Positions 9,534-18,385 of a stretch of 64,000 nucleotides of DNA are shown piece after piece. The notes beneath the pieces were generated by a model. That model was not told the DNA's origin and searched no databases. It saw only the letters and a list, made by a program, of their open reading frames with translations. How positions within the stretch are numbered: the first letter of the stretch is position 1; each line of letters starts with the position of its first letter. Source of the stretch: Candidatus Poribacteria bacterium. GTDB lineage: Bacteria; Poribacteria; WGA-4E; PCPOR2b. The position numbers and the translations under genes are program-made. The DNA is taken from contig OZ242036.1 of the NCBI GenBank assembly GCA_965205075.1, positions 5,822,599 to 5,886,598 of the forward strand, read 5' to 3'.

Positions 9534-10349
9534 TTAGTGCCCTGTTTTGAGACGACCCCAAGTGGTCGTCAATTTGTCTTGTGGTTCAACCGACAGGAAT
9601 ACACCTTGTTCCATCAACTCCACCTCTTTTTCGGTCAGAATCCGATCGAACAGCGCAAACTCATCCATGGCGAAGTAGGCAGCTCGGGTCCGCGTACCGC
9701 CGATGCGGAGTCGCCCTTCACCCTGAGGGACTTTTTTGGGCACATCGAATCTCCCTTCCTCCTCGCCGTCGATGTAAATAATCAGGTCTGCTCCCTTTTT
9801 GACACCCACGATGTGATACCATCTCCTCAGTTCAAACTCCGACCCTTTACCGTCTGGACCGAGTCCGTCAATTCCACCGCCTTCACCAACCTCATACCAG
9901 AGAGTAAAGCTGTTTCCGCTAATCTGGACGGAGGGCGATTTTGAAAAGCCTGCGTTGAGTACTTGCGCTTCATCGGCATTTTTCTTGAAGATCGATCGCG
10001 CCTCACCTTGATGAAATCCTTCAAAGAAATAGATCCAAAAGGCGATGGTGTGATCTTGATACTTATTCATGCGATCAAAGGGTTCGACGCGGAATTGTGC
10101 ACTGATATTCCCTGCAATTTTTAGAGCACCGGCCCCTTTGTAGACTTCCTCTGGCTCATTGGTGAGTGTTGCACCCAGTCTGAGTTTCCCATCGTTGCCG
10201 CCGCCGGTTAGGTCCGCAACCTTCCTTCCATCCAGCTGCTCATCAAACGAGAAATACAAAATCAAATTCGGATCTAGAGCCGCTTGGGCAGAGAGAACCG
10301 TTATGAACAGAAACATGGTAATGAAATTCAACCGAATAAACGTTCTCAT
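9534..10349 (-). CDS. Secreted LamG/ConA-like domain protein, tandem paralogue 2
   Basis: Start moved to MRTFIRL (ATG 10349). The AGGAGG RBS directly follows the TAA stop of paralogue 3. Same N- and C-terminal conserved blocks; tail LSVEPQDKLTTTWGRLKTGH. Confidence 0.8.
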   Translation of the reverse strand: MRTFIRLNFITMFLFITVLSAQAALDPNLILYFSFDEQLDGRKVADLTGGGNDGKLRLGATLTNEPEEVYKGAGALKIAGNISAQFRVEPFDRMNKYQDHTIAFWIYFFEGFHQGEARSIFKKNADEAQVLNAGFSKSPSVQISGNSFTLWYEVGEGGGIDGLGPDGKGSEFELRRWYHIVGVKKGADLIIYIDGEEEGRFDVPKKVPQGEGRLRIGGTRTRAAYFAMDEFALFDRILTEKEVELMEQGVFLSVEPQDKLTTTWGRLKTGH

Positions 10350-10363
10350 TTGTGACTCCTCCT

Positions 10364-11161
10364 TTAACGACCAGTTTTGATGTGGCTCCAAGTGGTTGTC
10401 AATTTGGCTTGCGGCTCGACAGACAAGAATATCCCCTTAAAAACTGCCGTCACTTCTTTCTCGGTTAAGGGACGGTCGTAAAGTTGAAACTCGTCCATCG
10501 CAAAAGAGGCAGCTCGGCTCGTCGTTCCGCCGATACGAAGTTGCCCCTTACCCTGAATAAAGTCTCGTTTGACCTTAAAATTGCCTTTTTCTTCGCCGTT
10601 GATGTAGATGATAAGGTCGCTTGCCTTTTTGACACCCGCGATGTGATACCACGTCTCTAGGTTAAAACCTTTACCCTTACCGGCGGGGCCAACTGCATCA
10701 ACCCCCTGGCCGTCAAATTTGTATTCAAGTGCTAGACCGGGATCGGTCAGAAAGATGCCTGGCGCGCTCCCTTTCTCCTCACCAACTAAAATGTTGGCCT
10801 TTTTCAAAATACTTGATCGTGCACCCATGGGGTTGAATATATAAATCCAAAAGGCGTAGGTGTTATCTCCATACTTATCCATTCGGTCAAACTCTTCCAC
10901 ACGAAGTTGTGCACTGACGTTGTTGAAGAGTTTAAGAGCACCTACCCCTTTGTGGACCTCTGCGGGTTCGTTGGTGATTTTGGCACCAAACCGCAGCTTA
11001 CCGTCGTTACCGCCGCCGGTCATGTCTTCGACCTTTCTTCCATCGAGCTGCTCTTCAAACGTGAAATACAGAATCAAATTTGGATCTAGAGCCGCCGGGG
11101 CAGAAAAAATCGTCATGACCAGAAACGTCGTGATGAAACTTACCGTAATAAGCGTTCTCAT
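10364..11161 (-). CDS. Secreted LamG/ConA-like domain protein, tandem paralogue 3
   Basis: ATG at 11161 with AAGGAGGAA RBS; the ORF-track start is an upstream TTG. Signal peptide present; tail LSVEPQAKLTTTWSHIKTGR. Confidence 0.8.
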   Translation of the reverse strand: MRTLITVSFITTFLVMTIFSAPAALDPNLILYFTFEEQLDGRKVEDMTGGGNDGKLRFGAKITNEPAEVHKGVGALKLFNNVSAQLRVEEFDRMDKYGDNTYAFWIYIFNPMGARSSILKKANILVGEEKGSAPGIFLTDPGLALEYKFDGQGVDAVGPAGKGKGFNLETWYHIAGVKKASDLIIYINGEEKGNFKVKRDFIQGKGQLRIGGTTSRAASFAMDEFQLYDRPLTEKEVTAVFKGIFLSVEPQAKLTTTWSHIKTGR

Positions 11162-11271
11162 TTTCAATTCCTCCTTTGATCGTTCGATATTAAACTTTCA
11201 TCAATTGAACAACACACATCAGCAGCTCCATCGGTGTCCTACCAAAGTCAAAACTATTCTTAAAATAATAT

Positions 11272-11300
11272 AGCCCCGAAGAATACAATCCCTCGGGGCT
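11272..11300 (-). terminator. Hairpin downstream of LamG paralogue 4 (candidate intrinsic terminator)
   Basis: AGCCCCGA...TCGGGGCT stem, homologous to the hairpin at 9469..9497. Confidence 0.4.
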
Positions 11301-11345
11301 AAAACCGAACGCCTTCCACCTAACATACTATCAGAACTTTATCGA

Positions 11346-12164
11346 TTAGCGATCCGTTTTGAGATTCCCCCAAGTGGTCGTCAATTTTCTTTGAGGTTCG
11401 ACCGACAGGAGTATGCCTTTGGCATCCAACGCCACCTCTTGTTCGGTTAGGGGACGGTCATAAAGCTGAAACTCATCCATCGCAAAAGAGGCGGATCGTA
11501 TATTCGTTGCGCCAATACGAAGGTGCCCCTTACCTTGGACGAAATCGCGGTTAACCTTATGTCTACCTTCTTGTTTGCCATCAATGTAGATTATCAGGGC
11601 TGATCCCTGTTTGACACCCGCGATGTGATACCATTTGTTCAATTCAAACTTTTCACCTTTGCCGCCGGGACCGACCGCTTCAATCCCTATAGCCCCTTGG
11701 TCGCCAAATTTATATACCAGTGATAGACCGGGATCGGTAATCCAGATGGCTGGCGCATGACCTTTGTGAGCCTGCCCTATAACGTTACCCTTTTCCACAA
11801 CGCTTCCCTGTACACAACATGGATCTTTTCTGACACCGTATACATAGAGCCAAAAGGTGAAGGTGTTATCTCCATACTTATTCATCCGGTCAAACTCGTC
11901 CACACGGAACTGAGCACTAATGTTGTTGAAAATTTTTAACGCCCCCGTCCCTTTGTATACCTCTGCGGGTTCGTTGGTGATTTTGGCACCCAACTTGAGT
12001 TTCCCATCGTTCCCGCCGCCGGTCATGTCTTCGACCATCTTCCCATCCAGCTGCTCATCAAACGAGAAATACAAAATCATGTTTGGATCTAGAGCTGCTG
12101 GGACAGAAAGAACCATTATGACTAGGAATATGGTGATGCAACTTAACGCAATAAGCGTTCTCAT
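11346..12164 (-). CDS. Secreted LamG/ConA-like domain protein, tandem paralogue 4
   Basis: 272-aa ORF starting MRTLIALS. It has a VRKDPCC loop insert and the tail LSVEPQRKLTTTWGNLKTDR. Confidence 0.8.
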   Translation of the reverse strand: MRTLIALSCITIFLVIMVLSVPAALDPNMILYFSFDEQLDGKMVEDMTGGGNDGKLKLGAKITNEPAEVYKGTGALKIFNNISAQFRVDEFDRMNKYGDNTFTFWLYVYGVRKDPCCVQGSVVEKGNVIGQAHKGHAPAIWITDPGLSLVYKFGDQGAIGIEAVGPGGKGEKFELNKWYHIAGVKQGSALIIYIDGKQEGRHKVNRDFVQGKGHLRIGATNIRSASFAMDEFQLYDRPLTEQEVALDAKGILLSVEPQRKLTTTWGNLKTDR

Positions 12165-12279
12165 TTTTAATTCCTCCTTTGATCGTTTGATATTGAACTT
12201 TAGTCAATTAAACAACGCACATCAACAGATCTATTGTAGACCTGCAAAGTCAAGGCTATCCCCCTTTCTCAAATGACAT

Positions 12280-12308
12280 AACCCCAATGGATAAAATCCT
12301 TCGGGGCT
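12280..12308 (-). terminator. Degenerate copy of the inter-paralogue hairpin (downstream of paralogue 5)
   Basis: AACCCCAATGGAT-aaa-ATCCTTCGGGGCT. Same architecture as 9469..9497 but with extra mismatches. Confidence 0.3.
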
Positions 12309-12354
12309 AAAATTGACTGCATCCAGTCTAACATACTATTTGGAGCTCCATCGG

Positions 12355-13170
12355 CTAACGTCCTGTTTTGAGATGCCCCCATGTGGTAGTCAATTTTGTC
12401 TCTGGTTCGACTGACAGGAACTGCCCCTTAGCATCCAACTTCACCTCTTGTTCACTTAAGGCGCGGGTATAAAGCCCAAACTCATCCATCGCAAAAGAGG
12501 CGGCTCGAATCCGCGATCCGCCGATCCGCAGATGCCCCTTACCCTGAACGAAATCACGCTTGACGGCATATTTGGCTTCTTGTTTCCCGTCAATATAGAT
12601 TATTAGGTCTGCTCCCTTTTTGACACCTGCGATGTGATACCATTTGTTCAGTTCAAACTTTTCACCCTCACCGCCGGGACCGACTCCAAGCCCTACAGCT
12701 CCTTGGTCGCCAAATTTATATGTAAGTCCTAGCCCCGGATCAGTCACAAAGATGGCTGGCGAGTTCCCTTTCACATCACCAACTAAAATATTGGCTTTTT
12801 GCAGAACAATTTCCTCTGGACAACACGGATCGTTTCTTACACTGTATATGTAAAGCCAAAAGGTGTAGGTGTTCTCTTTATAGTTATCCATTTCCCTAAA
12901 GGACTCGACGAGGAACTGAGCACTGATGTTGTTGAAAATTTTTAACGCGCCCGCTCCTTTGTATACCTCTGCGGGTTCGTTGGTGATTTTAGCGCCCAAC
13001 TTGAGTTTTCCATCATTCCCGCCACCGGTCAGGTCTGCAACCATCCTTCCATCAAGTTGTTCATCAAATGCGAAATACAAAATCATCTCCGGATCCAGAG
13101 CCGCCGAGGTAGAGAGAGCCATCATAACTAGAAGCATGATGGCGAAACTTACCGTGATAAGTGTTTTCAT
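12355..13170 (-). CDS. Secreted LamG/ConA-like domain protein, tandem paralogue 5
   Basis: ATG at 13170 (MKTLITV) after AAAGGAGGAG. VRNDPCCPEE loop; tail LSVEPETKLTTTWGHLKTGR. Confidence 0.8.
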   Translation of the reverse strand: MKTLITVSFAIMLLVMMALSTSAALDPEMILYFAFDEQLDGRMVADLTGGGNDGKLKLGAKITNEPAEVYKGAGALKIFNNISAQFLVESFREMDNYKENTYTFWLYIYSVRNDPCCPEEIVLQKANILVGDVKGNSPAIFVTDPGLGLTYKFGDQGAVGLGVGPGGEGEKFELNKWYHIAGVKKGADLIIYIDGKQEAKYAVKRDFVQGKGHLRIGGSRIRAASFAMDEFGLYTRALSEQEVKLDAKGQFLSVEPETKLTTTWGHLKTGR

Positions 13171-13312
13171 TTTCAACTCCTCCTTTTATACGGAATTTAG
13201 GTTGAGTAATAAGTCAACTGTTGTAACATTTTGCACCCCCGATAAATCGGGAGCCCTCTCAAAATCTTCTCTGTAGTTGAAATGGTTGAGACCCTACTGT
13301 CCAAAATGATAT

Positions 13313-13342
13313 AGCCCTGATGGATAAAAATCCTTCAGGGCT
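13313..13342 (-). terminator. Hairpin downstream of LamG paralogue 6 (candidate intrinsic terminator)
   Basis: AGCCCTGA-tggataaaaatcct-TCAGGGCT. Homologous position and sequence to the other inter-paralogue hairpins. Confidence 0.4.
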
Positions 13343-13387
13343 AAAATAGGATGGATTTCACCTAACATACCATCAAAGGGCCATCGG

Positions 13388-14206
13388 TTAACGACCTGTT
13401 TTGAGATGCCCCCAAGTGGTCGTCAATTTTCTTTCGGGTTCAACCGATAGAAATATACCTTTGGAATCCATCTTTACCTCTGCTTCGGTTAAGGCGCGAT
13501 TATAAAGCCCAAACTCATCCATGGCAAAAGAAGCGGCTCGTTGCCGCGTTCCACCGATACGCAGATGCCCTTTACCCTGAACGAAATCGCGTTGGACCTT
13601 ATACCTCGCTTCTTCTTTACCATCAATATACATTGTTAGGCTTGTTCCCTGTTTGACCCCCGCGATGTGATACCATTTTTTTAATTCAAATGGTTGACCC
13701 TTGCCGCCGGGACCGACCGCCTCACCCTCAATAGCCCCTTGGTCGGTAAATTTATATACCAGAGTTAGTCCTGGATCGGTTATAAAGATACCCGGCGCGC
13801 TCCCCTTGTCAGCAGCATCCATAACATTGGCTTTTTTGAGGATACTTTCCACTGCACAACACGGATCATTTCTGACACTGTATATGTAGAGCCAAAAGGT
13901 GTAGGTGTTTTCTCTATAGTTATCCATCTCCTTAAAAGACTCAACGAGGACCTGAGCACTGATGTTTTGGAATATTTTTAACGCCCCTGCTCCTTTGTAC
14001 ACTTCTTCGGGTTCGTTAGTAATTTTGGCACCTAACTTGAGTTTTCCGTCGTTCCCGCCGCCGGTTAGGTCTTCAACCTTCCTTCCATCCAGCTGCTCGT
14101 CAAATGCGAAATACAAAATCATGTTCGGATCTATAGCCGCCGGAACAGAGCAAACCGTTACGGCAACAAAGGTAATAAGGAAACTGAACCAAATAAACGT
14201 TCTCAT
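13388..14206 (-). CDS. Secreted LamG/ConA-like domain protein, tandem paralogue 6
   Basis: 272-aa ORF starting MRTFIWF. VRNDPCCAVES loop; tail LSVEPERKLTTTWGHLKTGR. Confidence 0.8.
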   Translation of the reverse strand: MRTFIWFSFLITFVAVTVCSVPAAIDPNMILYFAFDEQLDGRKVEDLTGGGNDGKLKLGAKITNEPEEVYKGAGALKIFQNISAQVLVESFKEMDNYRENTYTFWLYIYSVRNDPCCAVESILKKANVMDAADKGSAPGIFITDPGLTLVYKFTDQGAIEGEAVGPGGKGQPFELKKWYHIAGVKQGTSLTMYIDGKEEARYKVQRDFVQGKGHLRIGGTRQRAASFAMDEFGLYNRALTEAEVKMDSKGIFLSVEPERKLTTTWGHLKTGR

Positions 14207-14302
14207 TTTTAATTCCTCCTTTTTCCGGTTTAGGTTTTCTGTTTAGGTTGAATGGTACTCAACTTAAGCTAGTTAGTGTGGTATTATCAGAGGTTCCATC
14301 GG

Positions 14303-15169
14303 TCAACGATTGGTTTTGATATCGCCCCAGGTGGTTGTCACTCTTCTTTCAGGTTCAACCGACAGAAGTATGCCTTTGGCATCCAACGCTACTTCCTTTT
14401 CGGTTAAGGCCCGGTCATAAAGGGAAAACTCATCCATGATGAAATTGGCAGAACGTTCCCGCGTGCCACCAATACGCAGTAACGCCTCGCCCTGAACGAA
14501 ATCTCTTGGGACATCAAATCTGCCTTGCTCCTTGCCGTTGATATAGATTATCAACTCGTTTGCCTTTTTGACGCCCGCGACGTAATACCACTTCTTGAAC
14601 TCAAACACCGTACCGTTGCCACCGGGACCGATTATTCCTTTGGCTCCTATAGCCCCTTGGAGCCCGCCGCCCCCTTTATCTTCAAATTGATAGATAAGGG
14701 CTAACGGTTCCTCCTGAAGCAAGATGCCCGGTGCCCAACCTTTCACATTGCCCTCTAGAACTCTGCCCTTTTCCAGAATGCTTGCCCTACCTTCTCCACA
14801 GGTTCCGCCACAATGTTCCCAATTCCAAGGCTTAGCGGTGTTACCTAAGATATAGATCCAGAAGGTATAGGTGTTATCTTTATACTCATTCATTCTCTTA
14901 AAGGGTTCTACGCGGACCTGAGCGCTAATGTTCGTGAATTTAACCGCCCCCGCCCCCTTATAAACCTCCTCGGGCTCGTTGGTAATCTTGGCACCCAACT
15001 TGAGTTTCCCGTTGTTTCCCCCGCCGGTCAAATCTGCTATCTGCTTACCATCAAGCTGCTCGTCAAACGAGAACCATAAAAGCATGTTCGGATCTATGGC
15101 AGCTGGTGCAGAGAGAATAATCATAAACAGAAATGTAGTGATCAAGCTCGCCCATATAAACGTTTTCAT
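14303..15169 (-). CDS. Secreted LamG/ConA-like domain protein, tandem paralogue 7 (longest variable loop)
   Basis: Start moved to MKTFIWASL (ATG 15169, RBS GGAAAGGAAAGG). Loop NTAKPWNWEHCGGTCGEGRAS; tail LSVEPERRVTTTWGDIKTNR. Confidence 0.75.
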   Translation of the reverse strand: MKTFIWASLITTFLFMIILSAPAAIDPNMLLWFSFDEQLDGKQIADLTGGGNNGKLKLGAKITNEPEEVYKGAGAVKFTNISAQVRVEPFKRMNEYKDNTYTFWIYILGNTAKPWNWEHCGGTCGEGRASILEKGRVLEGNVKGWAPGILLQEEPLALIYQFEDKGGGGLQGAIGAKGIIGPGGNGTVFEFKKWYYVAGVKKANELIIYINGKEQGRFDVPRDFVQGEALLRIGGTRERSANFIMDEFSLYDRALTEKEVALDAKGILLSVEPERRVTTTWGDIKTNR

Positions 15170-15236
15170 TCTTAACCTTTCCTTTCCCAAATCCGTCAAT
15201 CTATTTCAATTAAACCGCCCTAAAAAAATTAAACTC

Positions 15237-15266
15237 ATCGTATCACATCCATTAAATACATGTCAA
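15237..15266 (-). promoter_or_regulatory. Candidate sigma70-type promoter for LamG paralogue 7
   Basis: Minus strand reads TTGACA, then an 18-nt spacer, then TACGAT. It lies about 70 nt upstream of ATG 15169 in an AT-rich divergent intergenic region. Confidence 0.3.
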
Positions 15267-15285
15267 GAAAAAATTAAATTTTAGA

Positions 15286-15314
15286 TCGACATATTTTTGC
15301 TTTAGTATTATAAT
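15286..15314 (+). promoter_or_regulatory. Candidate sigma70-type promoter for the divergent LamG-like gene at 15493
   Basis: TCGACA, then a 17-nt spacer, then TATAAT, read directly from the sequence. It would give a ~170-nt leader. Confidence 0.35.
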
Positions 15315-15492
15315 TAATTCCTGATGTAATAATCTGCAGAGATTTGCAATGAAATGAGCAGATTCGCAGCGGTTATAGCGTTCAGCATAACTTCGGTTGG
15401 TTAATGAGATTGGCAAACGAATCGCCATTCGTGCGGACAATGTGTCGGCCAATGCAAATTTCTGGAATAACTACAAACAGGAGGATATTCAA

Positions 15493-16293
15493 ATGCAAAG
15501 GTTGAAGAGATTTCCAATCAGCACCCTGGTTCTTATCTTTTTGATAGGCTTGTTGCCATCCTTGGGATATAGCCAGATCCAATTGGATGACCCGCTCCTC
15601 GTATTCTACTTTCCTCTTAATGAAGGCAAAGGGGATATAATAAAAGACCTCGGTCCCAACCAGCTTGAGGGAGAGCTTGAAGGCGGCCCAGCATGGGTCG
15701 ATTCCGTAGATCCGAAATTTGGCACCTCCCTCTCGTTTATAGATGGAAAAGAGCAATCGGGCTTCGTAGCAGATGTTCCTGCTTTGGATCTCGGCGAATC
15801 GGATACCACCCTCGCTGCTTGGGTTAAGACTGGCAAAGAGGTAGGCCAGGGATTTGTTTATATCAAGTGGGATGGCGGTGGCTGGTATATCAAGCTAAGG
15901 GATAAGAAACTCTACACCCGCTATCACATACCTGCGCCAGTCGGCTTTGGTGCTGAAATTCCTAGCAAAACTGAGATTGCCGATGACGTATGGCATCATG
16001 TCGCCTCAATGCGTACAAACAAAGAGACGGTTCAGCTATTTATTGATGGCAAACTAGACCATAAGGATGATGCGGGTTCAGCACCCGGTTCCGCTAATAC
16101 CCCCGCCAATTTGGAAATTGGTCGGTTTAAAGAGGAGCGTTTCTGGGATGGAGAGTTTGATGAACTTTTCCTGATGAAGAGAAATTTGACAAATGCCGAA
16201 CTTCAACTGTTGATGGACGGACAGTTTTTAGCAGTTGAATCGAAGGGCAAACTTCCTCTCACTTGGGGTAGTCTCAAAGCTGCTAGGGATTAA
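15493..16293 (+). CDS. Secreted LamG/ConA-like domain protein, divergent eighth member
   Basis: Start moved to MQRLKRFPIS (ATG 15493, RBS CAGGAGGA), with a signal peptide. WHHVASMR...LFIDGK and FDELFLMKRNLTNAEL LamG signature. Tail FLAVESKGKLPLTWGSLKAARD. Confidence 0.75.
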   Translation: MQRLKRFPISTLVLIFLIGLLPSLGYSQIQLDDPLLVFYFPLNEGKGDIIKDLGPNQLEGELEGGPAWVDSVDPKFGTSLSFIDGKEQSGFVADVPALDLGESDTTLAAWVKTGKEVGQGFVYIKWDGGGWYIKLRDKKLYTRYHIPAPVGFGAEIPSKTEIADDVWHHVASMRTNKETVQLFIDGKLDHKDDAGSAPGSANTPANLEIGRFKEERFWDGEFDELFLMKRNLTNAELQLLMDGQFLAVESKGKLPLTWGSLKAARD

Positions 16294-16477
16294 TGAGGCA
16301 GCGTTAGAAATTTCTCCATTGTCCAAATGTCCAAATTTTACACTTAAGAAGATATGCAAATAATAGGAAAGCGGGCTGAATTTGAGGCGCGTTTTCAAAA
16401 CAAATTGCGGTGAGGGACCTGCCGAATGCATTCGTGCAGATTTCTCGCCGCAATTTTTTATTGGGAGAAATCTGTGG

Positions 16478-18268
16478 ATGAAAAAAGTGCTGATTATGTT
16501 GATTGGGCTTGTGGCAATTAACATCGCAGGTAGGCAGATTGCTTGGACGCAGCAAACAGATTCTGTTGCCGAATCTACCGATGAAAATCAGATCACCTTG
16601 GCTGAGTATCAATGGAACGACCAAAACTTTGAGATTTCGCTTGCGGGTTTCAAGGCGGCGATTGGAGAGTTGTCAATCTTCCAGCAGGAAAACTACGCAA
16701 GTAAAGCCGGGAAGACAGAATACCTGCCAGAGTTCATTGACGAGAAACTAAAAGTCCTCGAAGCGATAGATAAGGGGTTGGATAAAGATGAAGATATACT
16801 CAAGAAGGCGCAGGAGTACAAACACACGCTCTTAATCGAGCGCCTGACGAAGATTGAGGTCGATGAAAAAGTTTTTCCCACGGAGGAGGACCGGCGGCAG
16901 TATTACGAGGCGCACAAATCGGAATACGTTGAGGAAGCTGCAGCACGAGTAACCTGCATCAGTGTCTTGGAAAAAACGCTCGCGCAGGAGGCATTGGCAC
17001 AAATCAAAGCTGGAGTAGACATCAGTGAGCTAGCAAAAGAACTGTCAGAAAAAGACAAACTATTTGGTCCCGGGGGCAACAAGCTAGATCCAGGGAACAC
17101 TGGGCTCTTTACCAAAGACGAATCCGAAGACTGGCAGGTTTTTGTCGATGCCGCTTTTGACATGGAGGTCGGCGAAATCACCGAAGAAATCCTTGAACTT
17201 GAAATAGATCCCGAAACGTACTACCTCATTTTCCGCAAGGAGGAGCACATACCGGAACGCATAGCGGATTTTGAGGAGGTCAGAGACTATATTGAACCCT
17301 CCGTTAAGCGTCAAAAAAAACGGGAGCGAATCATTGAATGGGTGGCAGAAGTTACCTCGACAAGCGAACTGAAAGCCTACCCGGAACGGGTTCCTGAAGC
17401 AGTGTTAGACCAAGAGAAACCGGTGACAAATGCGGAAAGTATTGTCATCGCAGAGTTTGATTGCGACGGAAAGCAGCAAATTACGCTTGCTGAAATGATA
17501 CAAGACATTCGCGAACTCTCGGAGGATAGACCGGAGCGCTATAAAGACAAAGCACGCCTTGAAGAATATGTGACCCTGATGGCGGAAGGGCGCTTAATAC
17601 TCTGTCTCGCCAAAGCCCGGAAGCTCGAAGAAGAACCAGAAATCCAAAAAAAATACCGAAGGTATCTCCACTCGCTGCTAGCCAATAAACTCTGGAAAAT
17701 CGAAGTCGAGCAGAAAGTCGAAGTGACAGAGGAAGACATACAAGCCAACTATGCAGCGCGTAAAAGCGAGTTTGCCGAAGAGGAGCAGGTGAGATTAACC
17801 TGTGTCACGCTTAGGGATAGTGATCGTGCGAAGGAAGTGTTTGAATCGATTCAGGCGGGCAAAGATATAGTAGAAGTGGCGAAGGAGTTGTCAGATACCG
17901 GAGAATTGACCGGTCCCGGCGCGGATCCCCTCAACCCCGGCGATACCGGTTACCTGACCCGCGACACCTTTCCGAAAGAGCAGCAAGCCTTTACTGACGC
18001 CGCCTTTACGATAGAAGTGGGACAGACTGTTGATGACATCATGACTGTCAGCTTTCAAGGCAGGCAATACTATACAATTTTCCGAAAAGAAGAACATAAT
18101 CCAGCAACCCAAAAAACGCTCGACGATTCAGAGGTCCGGCGGATAGTGACAGCTGATACCCAAACAGAGATGCGCGATGCACTTACCGCCAAGCTACACA
18201 CTCAACTTCGTAATAAAGCGAAACTCAAAATATATTTTGACCGAATTCCGGAGGGGTCAGATAAGTGA
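16478..18268 (+). CDS. Peptidyl-prolyl isomerase, SurA/PrsA/PpiD-like, with two parvulin-like modules
   Basis: Start moved to MKKVLIMLIGLVAI (signal or anchor). An internally duplicated module contains (A)RVTCI(S/T)...IKAG.DI.E(L/V)AKELS..G.L.GPG...PG(N/D)TG...F.DAAF..EVG......YY.IFRKEEH. Confidence 0.6.
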   Translation: MKKVLIMLIGLVAINIAGRQIAWTQQTDSVAESTDENQITLAEYQWNDQNFEISLAGFKAAIGELSIFQQENYASKAGKTEYLPEFIDEKLKVLEAIDKGLDKDEDILKKAQEYKHTLLIERLTKIEVDEKVFPTEEDRRQYYEAHKSEYVEEAAARVTCISVLEKTLAQEALAQIKAGVDISELAKELSEKDKLFGPGGNKLDPGNTGLFTKDESEDWQVFVDAAFDMEVGEITEEILELEIDPETYYLIFRKEEHIPERIADFEEVRDYIEPSVKRQKKRERIIEWVAEVTSTSELKAYPERVPEAVLDQEKPVTNAESIVIAEFDCDGKQQITLAEMIQDIRELSEDRPERYKDKARLEEYVTLMAEGRLILCLAKARKLEEEPEIQKKYRRYLHSLLANKLWKIEVEQKVEVTEEDIQANYAARKSEFAEEEQVRLTCVTLRDSDRAKEVFESIQAGKDIVEVAKELSDTGELTGPGADPLNPGDTGYLTRDTFPKEQQAFTDAAFTIEVGQTVDDIMTVSFQGRQYYTIFRKEEHNPATQKTLDDSEVRRIVTADTQTEMRDALTAKLHTQLRNKAKLKIYFDRIPEGSDK

Positions 18269-18385
18269 TAACAGTCATCCACCTTCAGCTTGGAGTGCCA
18301 CCTTCAAGCCAAAGTCTCCATCCCGATTTATCGGGCTGGATTTAGCGATGCACAGCGGAAATGCTAAAATTAGGAGGATTCACAG

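Noticed and set aside
8581-15169. A diversity-generating retroelement as the source of the hypervariable LamG loop.
   Set aside because: There is no reverse transcriptase, no template/variable repeat pair and no adenine-specific substitution pattern. The differences include indels and are spread between separate paralogous genes.
9149-15284. A family of conserved plus-strand ORFs (9149-9499, 10860-11273, 11920-12276, 12926-13276, 13962-14246, 14979-15284). They share MLLKIFNAPVPLYTSAGSLVI.APN.S.PS.PPPV.S.T..PSSCSSN.KYKI.
   Set aside because: They lie antisense to the most conserved N-terminal block of the minus-strand LamG genes, so their conservation is a mirror of that coding sequence. They are low-complexity (S/P-rich), lack RBSs, and their ends track the minus-strand gene boundaries.
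15397-15492. Long N-terminal extensions in the ORF track: 15397 for the eighth LamG gene, 16382 for the PPIase, 19378 for the FGE protein, 20400 for TnpB, 46277 for RlmN, 54392 for the kinase and 55937 for Ldh_2.
   Set aside because: In each case an internal ATG preceded by a good RBS yields a canonical N-terminus (signal peptide or family-typical start). The extensions have no homologous counterpart and, for 54392, overlap the neighbouring ORF.
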